From Alphaproteobacteria bacterium (GTDB lineage Bacteria; Pseudomonadota; Alphaproteobacteria; SP197), in the NCBI GenBank assembly GCA_965228895.1, contig OZ245842.1, positions 1,376,001-1,440,000 on the forward strand: DNA of 64,000 nucleotides. Direction: 5' to 3'. Shown piece by piece: positions 58,167 through 64,000 of this stretch (its first letter is position 1; each line of letters starts with the position of its first letter). The position numbers were made by a program, and so were the translations under genes. The notes below the pieces were generated by a model. It saw nothing but the letters and a program-made list of their open reading frames with translations. It had not been told where the DNA came from and searched no databases.

Positions 58167-59012
58167 ATGAGCAAAGGACGATGTTTGTGCGGCAGCGTGA
58201 CGTGGGAGCTGCTTGCCGAGCCGTTCCACGCCTTCAATTGCCATTGCCGGATGTGCCAGAAGGTCCACGGCACGGCCTTCGGCACCTATCACTTCGTGCG
58301 CCCCGATCAATTCCGCTGGACCAGCGATACCGACACTATCGTCGGGTTCCGCTCGTCCGATATTCTGACGCGCGCATCGTGCGATACGTGCGGTTCCGTC
58401 GTGCCCTATCCCTCCGATGATGGAAGCACCTGGGTAGCGCCGGCTGGCTGCCACGACGTCGCAAGGAAATCCGACTGCAATATCTTCGTCGTCGACAGTT
58501 CGCCCTGGCATAGGGTGACCGGCGACCTGCCGCGCCACGATGCTTATCCCGAACAGACCGGCATCCCAAGCGTTCCCAACGCGCTGCGCGAACAAAGTTC
58601 GGACGGCGTGGTGCGGGGCAGCTGTCAGTGTGGTGCTATCGACTTTCAGGTTACCGCGCCGTTTCAGGTCGCGCGTTATTGCCATTGTTCGCGCTGTCGT
58701 CATGCGCGCGCCGCTCCGTTTGCGTCGAACGGCGTTGCACCGCTCGACAGCGTGCGTTTCGTCAAGGGCGACGAGCATCTGAAACGTTTCAAGGTTCCCG
58801 ACGCCCGCTACTTCGCCCAGGCCTTCTGCGCCATCTGCAGCTCGGCGATGCCAAATCTCGACCAAGAGCGCGGGATTGCCATCGTACCCTTGGGCGCTTT
58901 GGACGATGACCCCGGGATCAAACCACGCGAGCATATCTTCGTTGCCGACAAGGCCGGCTGGCATGACATCACCGATGACCTGCCGACATTCGACCAGGGC
59001 CCGCCCGCTTAG
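58167..59012 (+). CDS. tandem GFA/Mss4-like zinc-domain protein
   Basis: Two G.CLCG...CHC..C...C..C.S units; alternative GTG start at 58131 overlaps the upstream stop. Confidence 0.85.
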   Translation: MSKGRCLCGSVTWELLAEPFHAFNCHCRMCQKVHGTAFGTYHFVRPDQFRWTSDTDTIVGFRSSDILTRASCDTCGSVVPYPSDDGSTWVAPAGCHDVARKSDCNIFVVDSSPWHRVTGDLPRHDAYPEQTGIPSVPNALREQSSDGVVRGSCQCGAIDFQVTAPFQVARYCHCSRCRHARAAPFASNGVAPLDSVRFVKGDEHLKRFKVPDARYFAQAFCAICSSAMPNLDQERGIAIVPLGALDDDPGIKPREHIFVADKAGWHDITDDLPTFDQGPPA

Positions 59013-59021
59013 AACAGCAAC

Positions 59022-59462
59022 TCAGCCGGGCCGGCGAATCTGAAAGCCAGTTTTGGTTTGCTCGAAACCCGCATCGCCATAGAACCGGATCGTCGCCGGG
59101 TTGGCCGAGCCGGTCAGCAACATGACCTTGTAGCAGTCATGATGCCAAGCAGCGGCAGTCGCGGCCTGTAGTATCGATGTGCCATAGCCGCGTTCACGAT
59201 GTTCGGGATCGGTCACGACGTTTTCGATGAGGCCATAGGGCAGGCCGCCGCGCGTCAGGTTGGGAATGACGACGAGGGCGCATGTCGTGACAAGGACGCT
59301 ATCGACCAGACCAAGGAAGACATCGCTGCCGGCGTAGAGGCGGTAACGGTCCAGGATCTTGGCAGCGTCGTCGACCGACAGGGCGGCATCACCCGGGTGC
59401 AGCTTGCGATAGAGCTTGAGCAGCGACGGCAGGTCATCGTGCGTGGCGGTCCTGATATCCAT
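59022..59462 (-). CDS. GNAT family acetyltransferase
   Basis: PNLTRGG.PY..IENVVT...RERGYG, CYKVMLLT, FY...GF. Confidence 0.85.
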   Translation of the reverse strand: MDIRTATHDDLPSLLKLYRKLHPGDAALSVDDAAKILDRYRLYAGSDVFLGLVDSVLVTTCALVVIPNLTRGGLPYGLIENVVTDPEHRERGYGTSILQAATAAAWHHDCYKVMLLTGSANPATIRFYGDAGFEQTKTGFQIRRPG

Positions 59463-59478
59463 CGGTTCAAACGATGCG

Positions 59479-60234
59479 CTAAGCCGTCAGGCCGCCATCG
59501 ATGACGAACTCCGCACCGGTGACAAACCGGGACTCGTCGCTTGCCAAATAAACAATCATGTCCGCGACCTCCCGTGCTTCGCCGATGCGGCCGACGGGTA
59601 TCTGGCGCGCCAGCTTGCCCTTCACGACATCGGGAAACTTATGCCGGCTGATGAGCCCTTCGACCATCGGCGTCATGATGAAGGCCGGGTGAACGGAGTT
59701 GCAGCGTATGCCATAGGTCTCGTTGGCGCAGTGCAGCGCGACCGACTTGGTCAACAGGCGCACAGCACCCTTGCTGGCATTATAGGCGCACATGTTGTGA
59801 CCGCCGACCAGGCCCGATACCGATGACATATTGATGATCGAACCGCCGTTGGGTTTCATGACGATCACGCCGTGCTTGCAGCCCAGAAAGGTGCCGTCGG
59901 CGTTAATCGCCATGACGCGCTTCCAGTCTTCATAGGTCGTCTCTTCGACGGTCGTCGAATCGCCGACGCCGGCGCTGTTGAGCAGGATGTCTAAACGGCC
60001 AAACCGGTCGATCACCTCCTTGGTGACGCTGATCCAGGCATCCTCGTCGGTGACGTCATGGATCAACGCCATGCTGTCGCCGGCGAGACTGTCGGCGACC
60101 CTTTGCGCGCCTTCGAAGTCCAGATCGCTCAGCGCGACCGCAGCGCCTTCCTCGGCGAACCGTACCGCCGTGCTCTCGCCGATACCCGACGCGCCGCCCG
60201 TGATCAACGCGACCTTGCCGTCCAACCGTCCCAT
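59479..60234 (-). CDS. SDR family oxidoreductase (3-beta-HSD/cyclopentanol dehydrogenase-like)
   Basis: TGGASGIG, YNASKGAVRLLTKSVALHCA, CNSVHP. Confidence 0.88.
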   Translation of the reverse strand: MGRLDGKVALITGGASGIGESTAVRFAEEGAAVALSDLDFEGAQRVADSLAGDSMALIHDVTDEDAWISVTKEVIDRFGRLDILLNSAGVGDSTTVEETTYEDWKRVMAINADGTFLGCKHGVIVMKPNGGSIINMSSVSGLVGGHNMCAYNASKGAVRLLTKSVALHCANETYGIRCNSVHPAFIMTPMVEGLISRHKFPDVVKGKLARQIPVGRIGEAREVADMIVYLASDESRFVTGAEFVIDGGLTA

Positions 60235-60378
60235 CAGTGCCCTCCCTTGGTCGATGCGAGGGACATTGTGACCGAGATGTCTCTATCCGTCAGGACCTTG
60301 ATCACCCGTTCATCAGCGTTGACCCGATATGCAGGATTGTATGGCGCAACGTCGCAGCTATGCGGTTAGTCTCTTGCC

Positions 60379-63972
<3,594 letters not shown>

Positions 63973-64000
63973 AGATCCATGCGCAGGAAGCGCACGATCA

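Overview
GC-rich, gene-dense bacterial chromosomal segment with about 53 CDS; the gene families look alphaproteobacterial (inference). I see no rRNA, tRNA, CRISPR array, integrase or transposase. Content is mostly catabolic. It includes a beta-oxidation operon (1-6101), amine-oxidising flavoenzymes and an ABC-F ATPase with a uORF/hairpin leader. An ECF sigma factor is fused in frame to an RskA-like anti-sigma domain plus a TM helix and shares a promoter motif with a Tat-exported ferritin-like gene. Two TetR divergons have clear palindromic operators. A large divergon pairs a PotABCD-like ABC importer, cysteine hydrolase, GH63-like glycosidase, MmgE/PrpD protein and ThDP enzyme with a nicotinate-dehydrogenase/6-hydroxynicotinate-reductase cluster that lacks enamidase; amn follows it. 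A second divergon pairs PhyH-GcvT-SDR-maleate-isomerase-like genes with IlvC-like, hydantoinase A/B and LeuB-like genes. Also present are tandem class II aldolase paralogs (one lacking metal ligands), a non-canonical ureohydrolase and a fused four-domain ABC exporter. Product calls come from my own motif recognition; no database searches were run.
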